Part shown: positions 51,091 through 63,497 of the stretch, in pieces | Layout: every line of letters begins with the position of its first letter | How positions within the stretch are numbered: the first letter of the stretch is position 1 | From: Camelus ferus | Taxonomy: Eukaryota | Length of the DNA: 64,000 nt | NCBI RefSeq assembly: GCF_009834535.1 | Contig: NC_045698.1 | Location: forward strand, 7,132,001 to 7,196,000 | Reading direction: 5' to 3' | Made by a program: the position numbers and the translations under genes | The notes under the pieces: model-generated | What the model was told of the DNA's origin: nothing | The model's input: the letters and a program-made list of their open reading frames with translations, nothing else | The model's database searches: none

Positions 51091-52884
51091 TCGCCCAGGG
51101 GCTCCCTAGACACAAAGGAATGTTTCAGGCAGGATTGATGGTTATTTAGGATCAATAACCGAACAGCTCCATCAGCACTGCTTCATGTACATCACTTGCT
51201 AGTCTACCCGATGTGTCCTTTTTTAGAAAGTACAAAAGCAAGAGAAAGCATCTTGGCTTTTAACTCGCTGTCAAAATTTGGTGTTGGGCATAACCAGTTC
51301 TAAAAATTAGCGGCAATCTCCCAAAGAAGGCAAGAAAGGATAATGAGGGAGAAGGCGAGGGACGGGGGCTGGCCCTGATCCTCAGAGGCCAGCAAGGAGG
51401 GTGGAGAGCAAGGTCTCACCCAGGGAGGGATGCTCTGCCCAGAGCTGCCCTCCTATCCCCCAACCCACTGAATCCACCACCTCACCCCCCCCCACCACCT
51501 CCCGTATTCCAGCCTCAGACTTTGGGGCTCTTTAAGCTGTCAAGTTAAACCTCACAAATCATGTGTTTCTCTCTTTCATTTTATGATAAAGATATATATT
51601 GGGGAAAAGAGGGAAAGACTTGAAGGTGAAAAAAAAAATCACAAACAATATTTATCCAATACAGATCACTGAATTTCAGCTCTCCAACTTCACCAGGGCT
51701 CAGCTCTGACTGCTGAAACACCCAGCGCTCGGATCTCCCACTCTCATTTACCAGCGTGCACGGTCGCGACAGCCCAGCACACAGATCATCGCTGAGTAGT
51801 TCTCTCTCCTGAATGTGCTTTAAAAAGGGGCATTTCATGTGAGTCAAAGTTAATCTTCTATCAGTGCATGTGAACTTTTAAACGTTAAACTTCTCATTGC
51901 AAAGTCATTATGAAGGGTAAAAAAATGCAAAAAAAAATTCTAGACTATGCAATGAAAGGTGTCCTCTTCTCACCTTAAGTCCCAAATGCCACCCTCCCAA
52001 GATCCAAAAGCTATTAGCTGTTTCTTGTGTATTCATAGATTACTTCAGGTATGCATTCATAGATTATTTTGGGTAGGGTACGTGTGTGAGCGTGTGTGTG
52101 AGTGTGTGTGTACATGAGAGAGAGAGAGAATGCGTGGTGAGCACGTGTCTGCCCCTTGCCGACATAAACAGAAGTAAACATCACCATCCGCCCCTTGCTC
52201 TTTGCACCTGACAACGGCCCCGTCACAACACCTGCTGCTATAACACCAATTAGCTCGCATACCATTGGTCAGAGGAAAGAATAACCTGGAAGTCTCATTG
52301 GTTCATATGTGATTTTTCCTGCAAGGGGAGGAAGCTAAGCTTTGAATGATAATAGAATTGGTAGCTTCAGCTGGAAGGGATGTGGCTCTCTGTGTATTTT
52401 AAGAAACCGCCTGAGGGGGCACCCTCACCTCGCACAGTCCTGGGCAGGTATCAGCCCTCCAGGGCTCATTGAGGCTGTGACGTTCCCCCAAACCAGCATT
52501 CCCACGCCATTTTTATAAATTATTATCCCCTGGGGCAGCCTCCAGCACCACTGAGCTGCCTGTCTGGACAGTCCAGGTAATCTCCCCAGGTACCAGTGAT
52601 TCTGTTAATGCTCTATTTCAAAGTTGCATCTGCTTTGAATGGTCTCCCATTAACCCTACTTTTCCATCAGGCAGGTTACATTTAATGTTCACCATTGCAG
52701 AACGCGTGTTATAGCGCTGGAACCTCTGTCTGGAAATCACACATGCATTGGTACCTGTCACTCTGCCGCAGTCTGTTTCACAGCTGCTCCGTACAAATAT
52801 ACCAAAAATGACTTAACTCATGCATGTTTAGGCTGGGCCCAGTTATTTACTTACAAAAATGATGCTGTAATTAATTTGGTAAGA

Positions 52885-53250
52885 TGTTCTTATGGACTGA
52901 ATTGCATCCTCCCCAAATTCACATGTTGAAGTCCTAACTTCCAGGACCTCAGAGACAGGGCCTCTGAAGAGGTGACTCAGTTAAAATGAGGCTGTTAGGG
53001 TGGGGCCCTAATCCAACAAGACTGAGTCCTTATAAGAAGAAGAAGAGACACCAAGGACACACGTGCACAGAGGAAAGGCCACGTGAGGACACAGGGGGAA
53101 CACATCCAACTGCAAGTCAAGGAGGGAGGCCTCAGGAGACACCCGCCCTGCCAGCACCTTGATCTTGGACGTCCAACCTCGAAATAAATGTCTGTTGTTC
53201 CAGCCACTCAGTCTGCAGTCTTCTGTGATGGTGGCCCAGGGCAAATGTGT
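52885..53250 (+). mobile_element. MLT1A0-like solo LTR
   Basis: tatggactgaattgcatcctccccaaattcacatgttgaagtcctaac..gccagcaccttgatcttggac..gaaataaatgtctgttg. Confidence 0.9.
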
Positions 53251-54739
53251 ACTTTCACAAGCTGTTTATTCATAAACATAGGTGGTATGTCTGCACCAGC
53301 CTACCTGTAGGTGGGGCAGGCAGGAGATAATTCAGCTCTGCTTAGAAGGTATTATTACTCAAGGACCACCCTGTGCCTACGGAAAAAGTTATTGTGATTC
53401 AGAAAGACACGGAACCCACGCTTCAGAGTTACTCAGATGGTGCTGACACCTGAGCCATCTGGGTAGACAGGATGGATTCCGGAGCAGCGGAGCCTTCCCC
53501 ACGTCCAGCCAGCAAGTGCAGTGGGGAAAGTTGCACAGTTTCAGCATCAGGCAGGCCTGTGCCTGAGCACCAGCTCCCTTGCTTGCTTATTAGTGTGCAG
53601 ATCTTAGCAAACAAATTACTCTTTAAGTGCCTCTGCTTACCCCACTAAAAAATATCATATCCATGCCGCAGAGCTAATATGAGAATTTAAAATAACATAT
53701 ATAAAAGGTCCATGACACAGTAGACAGTCAATAGAGCAGCATCTTACTGTCATAGTTTCTGGTCTTTGGATTTCCATTCATAATTGACCTGTTCAGGTCA
53801 AGAGAAACTCCCGGTGACTGCAGTTTGCCTTCCTGAGCTGGCGTGGACACACCAGCTGGGCAGTTTGGACTGGGGTGAGGGCAGGTGGAGACAAGGAATC
53901 TGACACTTCTCCAGTACAAATTCATCTCTTTCAGTCCATTCAAATTCATATTAACACACTCCTTAATAAGATGCAAATGCCTTTAAAAATATTATACTTA
54001 AAGATGAGCAGAGATGAATGAACAAGAAGAGTGAATAAAAGGGCTTTGAGATCAAACGGTAAAGGGTGAGAACTCGAACAAGGCAGGTGCAGGAGCAGCG
54101 GAAAGGGAAGATCACTGAGTCAGTAGCAGCTTCACTTGCCTTACAACCGTGCTGACTACTAGCTATTGAGTACCTGGCATTCAGCCTAATGTCTTGTGAC
54201 ACACTGTCCCTTCTTCAGCTGTTACGTTCCCCACAAACACCACCACAAAGCTATATTTAGAGCAAACCCTGTAAGACCTCACCACGCGAACGTCTCCACC
54301 AGGTTTGGGCTATAGATGGAATTTTGTGAAATTATTCTGACATCTGGATTCGTTCTTAGAAAAAAACATTCGGCTGCCCAATTTTTCATCCTATGATACC
54401 CAGAGAAGAAAACTAACTTGATTCCTCCTCTGTATCCTTGAAATAAACCTAGGGATTGACGAGCTACTGTTTTATCAATCCTTCTCGGATAACGTTCACA
54501 CAATATTAAATTCAGAAAAGCAAGACATCTAATTCCCCTCATCTATAAAATTTATGTGCTTTTTTGTTCATGTTCAATTTGCATCCGTCCACTGGGTCAC
54601 AAGTGTGCCAATTCCAATATAACCATAATGCGTTGTTATTACAGGAACACTTCACTCCGAATGGGGGCAGTTCTGCCTAAGAGGATTCCAGATGACTGAA
54701 GTTTTCTATCTGAGTGAGAAACTTTGTGTTATTTACTGA

Positions 54740-54885
54740 TTTATTTTTATTTTTTTAATTTAAAAAAATTTGGGGGGGAGGTAATTAGGTTTACTTATTT
54801 ATCTTTTGGAGGAGGTACTGGGGACTGAACCTGGGACCTCGTGTATGCTAAGCATGCACTCTGCCACTTGAGCTATACCCTCCCC
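54740..54885 (-). mobile_element. vic-1-type SINE
   Basis: ggaggtactggggactgaacctgggacctcgtgtatgctaagcatgcactctgccacttgagctataccctcccc. Confidence 0.93.
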
Positions 54886-55944
54886 CCACTTATTCATTTT
54901 AGACACAAAAGTTTACTAATGTAATTTGATGTTAGAAAAAAGACTGAAAGTCTATTAACAAAATATTATCAACATTAGCTAAACAATTGTACTGTGTTAT
55001 TTAGATGGAGATGTCTTTATATCAATATTCGTTTTTATATTTAAGTATATGGCCTGTGCCATCTTTGGGAAAAATGAGGTCCTCGTATTTAATACCTGCC
55101 ATAACAAGTCTTTTCATTCATCACAAAATAACCTAGTTCCTAAGTGGAGATCTTCAAGAAACGGGATTCTCAACAGAATCCGATGAGGAGGCAGCTAAGA
55201 TGTTCCAGGGACAGTGACAGCTCTGCTCTAGCCACCCAGTGGGTGGGGGCAGGCGCCTGGCAGGGTCTTACCCTCTAGTACCGTGGCCTGCTCCCAGCAC
55301 TGAGCCCTTGACCCAGAGAGAAACCTGTCACTCTCTGGTCTCTCACAGCCCTCCAAGTTTCTCTGGCCTCAGCTTCCTGACCTGAACTCCCACTTAACTG
55401 TCCCCAATCCTTCTGTTCCCCAATTAAAATTCTCAACATAGAATCACATAGCTCAGCTCAGGTCTATTTGCCAGTTGCTTCAGATGCCCATCCGTGATCC
55501 AACAAACCGGAGAAGGATCAGGGGGCTTCTGGTCCTCATAAGGCTGCTCCCTTGACAAAGTGATGAGTGAGGTGGTGTCAGAAGGGGAGGAGGCATCACT
55601 AGGGACCTATTTCCACCAGACGCTTCAAGGTCCCCTGGTTTAATCAGTACCTGGTGAACACAGCTGTGCTCCCTGCAGCTGAGCCCTCTGGGGTTTCACA
55701 GACTCCATCCTCCCTCTCCAATGATTCACATTTCTCAGCTGAAGTCCTCATACTGCTTTTCTGATTTCATCAGCTCCCCAATTCTCCTTAGCTACTTTGT
55801 TCCGCGAATCACAGCCTCCCGTGTTTGGGGATGCAGAGCTCGCTGTGTGACACGCCCTCACTGCTGAAGGCTGTTCTGATGCCTCACAGACCCACGGGGA
55901 TCAGCCGGGGATCAGCCGAGAGGAGGCAGCAGCCCTGCTGGGAT

Positions 55945-56150
55945 TGGAAAACTCATCGTCATTTTAGGTCCTTTTAGGACCCAGCCTGCTTGTGGAAGGA
56001 TCCCTTCTGCAACAGCCCCACCAAGTGGCCGTCCAGCTTCGGTCCAATGTCTCCAGTGACAAGGGACTCACCGTGTCCAGAGGCAACACACTCTGACTTT
56101 AAACGACTTTATTAGGACTGTCCCTTCATCCTGAGTGTCAACTCCACGTC
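55945..56150 (-). mobile_element. L3/CR1 3' fragment
   Basis: atcccttctgcaacagccccaccaagtggccgtccagc..ctccagtgacaagggactcacc. Confidence 0.6.
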
Positions 56151-56922
56151 TCTCTAACAGCCACCCCGTGACCCGCGCTCACGCCCCAGAGCCACAGAAC
56201 AGGCTGAACTGCAGGGAAGCAACTGAGTGTAGTAAAAACCTCGTGCTCCAGTGTCAGTTTATGCCATTAACTGAGCAAGTTCATGATGACTCCCGTTGTT
56301 AAAAAAGAAAAATAAGCGAAGCCAGGTGCCACGCCCCTGAGAATGAGAACACGACCCCAGCGCACAGAAGCCCTGGCACACAGCCATGTCATCACTTTCC
56401 TTTCTGCTGCTGCTCGGCAACCCTTCAACATTTGAAAGTTCTGTTTTGTTTCCTCCAAACGTTCTCTCATCCAGGGTAAACATCACTACCTCTTGAACTG
56501 TGACTCTCAGGGTATGCTTTCAAGAGCCTTTGCCATCTAGAATTCATTCTGCTTATCAATGCGGTTTCTTCTGTTCCTTTCTCCAGTTCTAGGTTTTTAC
56601 ATCACCCATGTTAGTTTAGGGACAAGTCATGCCAAAAGTGTCCTCTTTGTGAGCAAAGGGTGGGGGGTACCTGGCGAGGAGACCCCTCCCTACGGGAGGT
56701 TGGTGCCAACCGCACCCTCCAAAGGCCCAGGGGAACTTCTGGAGCCTCTTCAGCCCCAACCATCAGGTCAGTGGGATGGTTCCCTGCACTTGCCAGCCAG
56801 CACATGGGAGAATCCTCTAGGCTCCCCTTTAACTTCCTCTCCTCACCAGGGCTAAGGAAGTGCTGGCGAGAGCCCGGATAGGTCTGGGTAGTGCAGGGTG
56901 CAGCCCTCCTAAGTTACTAGCT

Positions 56923-57247
56923 TGTCTCGGTCAGCGGAGCAGAACACCATGGCCTGGGGGGCTCATACACCAAGTACCTATTTCTCACAATTCTGAAGGC
57001 TGGGGAGTCCAAGATCAAGGCGCTAGCAGCTCTAGTGTCTGGTAAGGGCTTCCTGGTTCATAGATGGCCCTCTCCTCACATGTCCTCACGTGGTGGAAGG
57101 GGCAAGGGAGCTCGCTGGAATCTCTTTCATCAGGGCGCTAATCTCACTGATGAGGGCCCCACCCTCATGCCCTAAAGCCAAGGCCCCACCTCCTGATACC
57201 ATCACACTGGGGGTTAGGATTTCAACATGGGAATTTTGCCCATAACA
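56923..57247 (-). mobile_element. MLT1A-like solo LTR
   Basis: tatttctcacaattctgaaggctggggagtccaagatcaagg..ccatcacactgggggttaggatttcaacat. Confidence 0.9.
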
Positions 57248-57671
57248 CAGTCCTCTACTTGATAACCCTACCTGCCAAGGAGGGCAGTCTGAGATGATCT
57301 CCTCCCTTCCTTTTCCTAATTCCTCTCTAATCCTGAGAAACCATCTCTCCCTCTATAGGACTCCCTTGGTGCAGAGATACAGCTGAGGCTCTGCTGTTAC
57401 TCACCCCTACCCACATCCCCAGGAACAGGATGCTCTCCTGAGATGTCAGCCGTGAAGGCCAGGTCCAAGTTCACAGCCCTCATGCCTTGGTACAATTCCC
57501 AAACATCACTCCGGGAGCTACTCTGGGAGGGGGGCCCCCTGCCCCTGGGAGCCCAACCTTGCTAGAAAGTGCTCCCTCCTCTAGCGCCCTCCAGATGTGG
57601 AGAGTGGGCTCACGGGTCTGCCATTCCACTCTGCTGGGCATCCTACCCCAGTGCAGCCTCCATCCTCCCAT

Positions 57672-57990
57672 CTCCGTCAGGCTGTTGAAAGTGCAAGTAA
57701 TACAACACCCACATAAAAGTAGCTTAAAAACAACATAAGTTTATTATGTCTTGATGTCAGAGGCTCTGGGTCAGTTCAGCAACTTAGTGTATCATCAAAA
57801 ACCCAGCGTCTTTCCTTCTTTCTGCTCCTCCAATCTCAGCATCTTGGGTTTCATCTTCATTTTTCCCCTGCTGGTTGCAAAACGGCTGCTAAAACTTCAA
57901 GTATTACTGCAACAAAACCTTTTCCGAAGTTCCCAGCACACATCCCCTCCAACCTCACTGATGGGACCTGGATTACCTGCTCACAGCCCA
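57672..57990 (-). mobile_element. MLT1K/L-like LTR
   Basis: gtgcaagtaatacaacaccc..tcatcaaaaacccagcgtctttccttctttctgctcctcc..ggttgcaaaacggctgct. Confidence 0.65.
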
Positions 57991-59649
57991 CCCTGATGCC
58001 CAGGGGATGGGATCAGACAACTGGCAGGGCCCACTATGCCTGAACACATCGACACCTGACACCTTGAAGACCTATGGCTGTGTCACCAGGAAGAGGGGGG
58101 ATGGCTGCTGGGCAGGACTGAGATGAGTCTGCGCACCTCCTTGGCTGGCCCACTGGTGCCCCTGCTGCCCAGATCAGAGGCCTGCACATTTTGCTGCCTA
58201 GGCCAGGTCAGGAGCGCTCCACTGTGGCCCAGGGGACTCCAACATCTTAACAAACTGCTGACCACACTATGGCACCAGTAAGTAGCAAGACACAACCAAG
58301 GGATGTGCTTCTTGTCTGTCTGTCTGTCTGTCTGTCAGTCTGTCGAGACTAAGTAGACTCCTGCAGTGTGCTCTGCAATGACTTTGAGGTCTTTCCTAGA
58401 ATGCATTCAGCCAGAGCTAAGCCAGGAAATACATGCTACGCACAAGCTCGGAAGACCTGGGCTTGAGAACATTTGCTTCTTCACAGCAGGTCCTTCATAC
58501 CCTGGTCTTCAGGGAGAGCACTTCGGCAGTGGGGTGGTGCCAGCTGTGTGGGGTAAGTATCAGGAACCCTGCGTGCTTCCTGTTCTGCCCATAACCTGTC
58601 ACGGTGCACGTATCTCCCAGCAATGCTGACCAGCGTATGTGGAAAAGTCTCATTTCCAACATCGTCTAAACTTGGTTTCACATGCACTCGGTGGAGCTAA
58701 GCGTTTCAAGGAGTCCACGCCACAGCTGGCCGAGGGTCTGACGAGGTGCCCACCTGGCACATCTGGGGAACGCAAGGATTGCAGTCCTGGGGCCACGCTT
58801 TCAGAGAAGGACATTTTCAGGTGGAAACGTGCTCAAGTCACTGACCTGAGTGTCTATGGAACTTCCAGGTCTGTTCACAACGGCACCTATGAGGCTACAA
58901 TACCCCTAAGCTGTATTTCTATTCTTGTTTTTTTCAACTTTAAGTTATATCAAGTTAGAAGCTGCCCCTGATTTCAATCTGTATAGACGTTCTTGAATCC
59001 TGTTTTTGACATAATCATAGTAGCTCTCATTCCCTGCTGTGTGCTGTGTGCTGTGTGCACATTTGATCAATGTCCCTTAACCTAGTAACTGATGAAAATT
59101 CAAACCAGTCAGTCAGAGAAGCCACAATAACCTCTACAGGAAAACTCACACTGTACATTTCACTTACAGGCACGGTTTTAAAATGTAACTAAAGAACCTG
59201 CAGGCTGTATGAATCACAGAACTTCTATGAAACGGGCTGTTCTTTCCTGAGGTTGCAGGACCAAGCATCATCCCCCCAACACAGCAAGTCGCATGTGACT
59301 CTGCAGACAGCCTGATGTCTCTGCAAATCTGGCAGGAATACATCTAGGAAATTAGGGAATACCTCCAAGGTTCCACAAAACTCGGCCGCTGCCCACCCCG
59401 CCTCTGGGCAGGGAGCTACATATGAAGGGTCCCTCTGCAGGCGTGCTCAGCCACATTCCAGGGCTGGCTGGGGTGGAAGGAGGCAGCAAAGGGCAGGCAC
59501 CAAGAATCCACACAGTGGGAGAGAACTCATTCTTCATAAGGAAATCAGGGACTTTGGGGAAGGGGATCAGTGGTGACAGCCAGACTGATGTGAAACCTGA
59601 CTGATGTCACAGCATGCCATCCCCTCACCCCAAACACACAGTTTCTCTC

Positions 59650-59832
59650 TCTACTATCACTCTGTTTATCTCTCCCAGAGAACTTCACACACAGTGACGT
59701 TCAGTCGCCTGTTTGTCGCTCTTCTAGAATATAAATCCCATAAGATTAGGGGCCTTGCACATCATTCACACTGAATCAGGAAAGCTTGTTACACAGCAGA
59801 CACTCAGTAAGTATTGCTGAATGAATGAATGA
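59650..59832 (+). mobile_element. L2 3' end
   Basis: ctagaatataaatcccataag..cacagcagacactcagtaagtattgctgaatgaatgaatga. Confidence 0.8.
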
Positions 59833-60299
59833 GTCCCCAGTTGCTTCTCATTTAAATGAAGATTAGCAAATTGATCACACTTTTATCAGTGCAGTTAAAG
59901 ACGCAAACCACCTCCCTTCATCACATCTCTGCTCCGACGGTTTGGTATTTCGGTTCCAGGCGTATGATAGGGAGTTTAATTCTCTTCTGTGACATGCAGG
60001 GATTATTCGAGCCACCACTCAATATTAATTTTTCAGATATATGGAGCTTGTCTATTGACATTTAAAGGTTTTCCTTAACTTGTCTTTATCCGAATCAGTC
60101 AAGTCTCTTCTCATAAGTGAGAAATATTAAATAAATGGCTGCTTTCATAAAATAAAGAAGTGACTAGCAGAAATAATCTTTAACTTCTACGAACAAGCTT
60201 CTCTTAAGTGCCTGAAATAATAAACACAGCTTACAGACCAAAAACTTCGTGCTGCTGAGTTTTACAAATCAGTCCCCAGCCCCCTGTTTAGTGTCTCAT

Positions 60300-60422
60300 T
60301 ACCCCAGTGACAGGGAGGCTCAGGAAACTAAGGCTTCGAGAGGGTCAGCCACTGGCCCAAAGCCTCCTGCAGGGATGTGAACCCAGGTCTGGCTTACTCC
60401 AAAGCTCATGACTGTTTTACTG
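60300..60422 (-). mobile_element. MIR fragment
   Basis: ggaaactaaggcttcgagaggg..gaacccaggtctggcttactccaaagctcatg. Confidence 0.7.
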
Positions 60423-60467
60423 TCAAATCAATACCAACTACTCCACTGCACCATGCATCTTCTCTGA

Positions 60468-60664
60468 ATACCACAGTTCATCAGATCTGAGGTCCACCAA
60501 CGGCAGCTGATGTGCTAGGACGTCATGAGGCACGGCACTGCCAATTCCAGTCATAAAACACCATCAGCTGGAAGGCAACTCGCAGTGTCAGAAATGTTAA
60601 AATGTGTCTGTTTATTCTCACACATTTACATACACTATATGTCTTAGATTCAATAAAATACAGT
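60468..60664. mobile_element. MER104-like Tc2 MITE; a second copy in the opposite orientation at about 61885-62035
   Basis: tcagaaatgttaaaatgtg..gtcttagattcaataaaatacagt; the second copy reads ctgaaatcgggatacatcttacaattga..aaatacggta. Confidence 0.6.
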
Positions 60665-60669
60665 CATCA

Positions 60670-60855
60670 GGGGAGAGGGGAGAGCTCAGTGGTAAAAGTC
60701 CATGCTTAGCATGCACGAGGTCCTGGATTCAATCCCCAGTAACGCCATTAAAAATAAACAAATAAACCAAATTACTTCCTCCTTCCCCACCTCCCAAAAA
60801 GCAAAACAACAAATAAAATAAAACAAAACAAAGTAAAATAAAATAAAATAAAATA
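60670..60855 (+). mobile_element. vic-1-type SINE with (AAAAT)n tail
   Basis: agctcagtggtaaaagtccatgcttagcatgcacgaggtcctggattcaatccccagta. Confidence 0.93.
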
Positions 60856-61212
60856 ATCCACTAGCCTCAGAACAAATTATTCCTAATAAATGTTATAAAT
60901 GTGTCTCTAACTCCTTTAGAAAATTAATTTTGCCATGAAGTCCAGAAAAGAAAGAGAAATCTTAAGCATGAATAAAGTTTCAGGAAGCTGCAAACATGCA
61001 CAAAAGCATTCCCTCTTTAAATTTGTCTCTTCTCATCTTGGCATCAAATCGGATTCTTCACAATGTGAAGGGCGGCTGACGTCCCTCCCACCCATGGACA
61101 TGACCGCCGCTCACTGGTACCTCCACACACCTGCGGGCTCCCAACACGTACGCACGTCTGTCAGAATGCAACACAGTGGGGCTTTAAATCTCCCTGCTGT
61201 TTTTTACTTCTG

Positions 61213-61218
61213 TTTATT
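61213..61218 (-). terminator. Candidate AATAAA polyadenylation signal of ATPSCKMT
   Basis: tttatt on the plus strand about 115 nt past the stop codon, with GT-rich tgtgttg further downstream on the minus strand. An alternative AATAAA lies at 60611-60616. Confidence 0.45.
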
Positions 61219-61331
61219 GTCTCCAAAAGTTAAGGAAAGCAATCAGAATTTCTCATTCCACAGCAAGGAAAAACACATGCTTTGCTGAAGACACAGCCTT
61301 AAGTCTCTATAAAATCAAAGACCCCAACGCT

Positions 61332-61559
61332 TCAGAAACCATCCTCGATAAAGTCTCTACGTGAGTGACCGACTGAAGCACACCGACCCTCAGGGCCTCT
61401 CTCCACGGCCCGGAAAGAGCTGGCGTCGTAGGCCCACACGGTGTCACCCCCCTCCCCGGTGACCTGGGCCGGGCTCCAGTGCGGGAAGGGGAACCGGCAG
61501 GCGATGACTCTAGCGTGGTCCTGGAGTTCCAGCTCGAGCTTCCTCTCCAGCTGCGGCAT
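61332..61559 (-). CDS. ATPSCKMT: Terminal coding exon of ATP synthase c-subunit lysine N-methyltransferase (FAM173B); partial gene
   Basis: Acceptor (tgctgctgtcgctccccgcag|ATG) is followed by MPQLERKLELELQDHARVIACRFPFPHWSPAQVTGEGGDTVWAYDASSFR, which matches the recalled human MLQLEKKLERELEDDARVIACRFPFPHWTPDHVTGEGIDTVWAYDASTFR. The exon is CpG-rich. No upstream exon was seen in 61560-64000. Confidence 0.95.
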   Translation of the reverse strand: MPQLERKLELELQDHARVIACRFPFPHWSPAQVTGEGGDTVWAYDASSFRAVERGPEGRCASVGHSRRDFIEDGF

Positions 61560-62327
61560 CTGCGGGGAGCGACAGCAGCACCTCGGTGAGCGGGCAGTCG
61601 GAGGCAAGGGGGCCCTGAGAATACCTGCAGAGTCCACTGACTGTAAAAAGACCACCCCAGGGCACAAACACACCATCACACAATCTGTTAAGACACAGAA
61701 GTCACGTGAACCACAGTTATAAGAATACCTTCTGGTATCAATTATAAAGTGCGCCATTCTCAGCAGGGGTGTATCGCATTTCCAGTTTTCTGACTAAAGT
61801 CATGATGTGGCAGTCATTAAAATGAGACACAGTTTTGCCTTACTTACCAACCTAAACACTTCAGTCTCCCCCGCCTCAACTCCCCAACACAGATTTGTCC
61901 ACCTTCTTAATATCCCTGAAATCGGGATACATCTTACAATTGACATGGCCTTAGAGCTATAATTGGCAATGTTTCTTTCCCAATTACAATGGTACATCTT
62001 AAATCACTAGCATCTAGAGTCAATTAAATACGGTACAATTAGACCATGAAAAACATACACTTCTACCACCTTGAAACATAAAATGTTTCATAGCTTTTTA
62101 AAAGCATATCCAGGATATACTGATAATTAATACGACATAAAAAGTGAAATCCTCTTATTTACCACTTTTGCATAATTTTATTACCAATCTGTGAAGAGTT
62201 TTACTTTTCGCTAAAAGTATTGATACTGTAATTACATCGGCAAATTAACAGCCACTTAAAATTTTATCTTCCAGTCCTAAAAACATATTACTACCTTTAC
62301 CTCCTAAAAATATTTTTCTACTTCCTT

Positions 62328-63497
62328 CCTTTGTTTTGAAATAGTTTCAAATTTACAGAAAAGTTGCAAGAATATAGCAAATAATTCCCATATGCCTTTA
62401 CCCACATTCACAAATTTTTTTAAGTTTGTCATACTTGCTTTATCTAACTCGCTCTCCTCCTCTAAGAACATTTTTTCTAAACCATCTAAGAATAGACTGC
62501 ATACAACATGCCCCTTTTACTCCTTAGTACTTCAGTGTTTTCTAAGAGCCCCAGCACAACCATATCAACCGAATCAAATTCAGGAAATTTAATACTGTAT
62601 TCCAACAATAAAAATTCCAGCAGCATCCCACTTCTGTCAAATGTCCCAGTAATGTTCTTTCCATTGTCCCCAAGATCAGAATCCCACACTGCATTTAGCT
62701 ATAATGTTTCCTCTGTCTCCTTCAATCTGGAACAGTTCTTCGATCCTTCTTTGTCTCTCATGACAAGAACATCCTTTAAGAACACAGGCCAGCTGCTTTA
62801 CCCGGGGTCTCGCTGATGTCTTGTCACGAGGACTCAGCTTGTGTGTCTCCAGTAACCCCCAGCAGTGGGCTGGGGACTTCGCAGGGCTCCACAGTCCTGA
62901 GCCCCATGGGGTTTTCTGCTTTGAGGGGGATGTACCACTTGGTTAAAGGGGATCTGGTCGCTCCACAATGTGGTTACATTTCTCCTTTATAATGAATAAG
63001 TAATTGTGGGGAGAGAGCTTGAGAAGATGTAAACAATCCTGTTGCTCAGCAAATCGTCTCCCCACTAGAAGTAGCATTCTTGGTCGCTCTGCCGGACTCG
63101 ATTTTTACAATAAGCATTGCAATGCGGCAATTCGCTACTTCCATCATTCCTTCTAGACTGGTGGTCAGCATTCAGCTTCAAGGAAGCACTTTCCCGTCTC
63201 TACCATTGGAAGTGTGAACTCCTGGAGACTTATTTCATTCAATGGATTATAATCCATGATTGTCCATCTTTCTTCTCACACTCTAATTGCCCGGTTTGGC
63301 CCCTGGGAGCCTCCACAGGCTGGCTTCTCTCTCCTGTGTATGTGCCCCATCAAACATTCTGAGCACTTCCTTAAATGTGGGCTCAACAAGTCGTTCCAGG
63401 CTTTTGAATCTTCCCTTCCTCGGCCCCAGATAAGTCATTTCTCAAACATTCCTGGTTCCTCTGAGTGAGAAATGATATTTAGAAACCAAGATCTGAG
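62328..63497 (-). mobile_element. L1MC4/5-like 3' UTR in the last ATPSCKMT intron
   Basis: ttttgaaatagtttcaaatttacagaaaagttgcaagaat..aatgatatttagaaaccaagatctg. Confidence 0.85.

Noticed and set aside
61560..61757. N-terminal 66 aa of ORF 61332..61757
   Set aside because: Intronic read-through; similarity to ATPSCKMT starts exactly at the splice acceptor.
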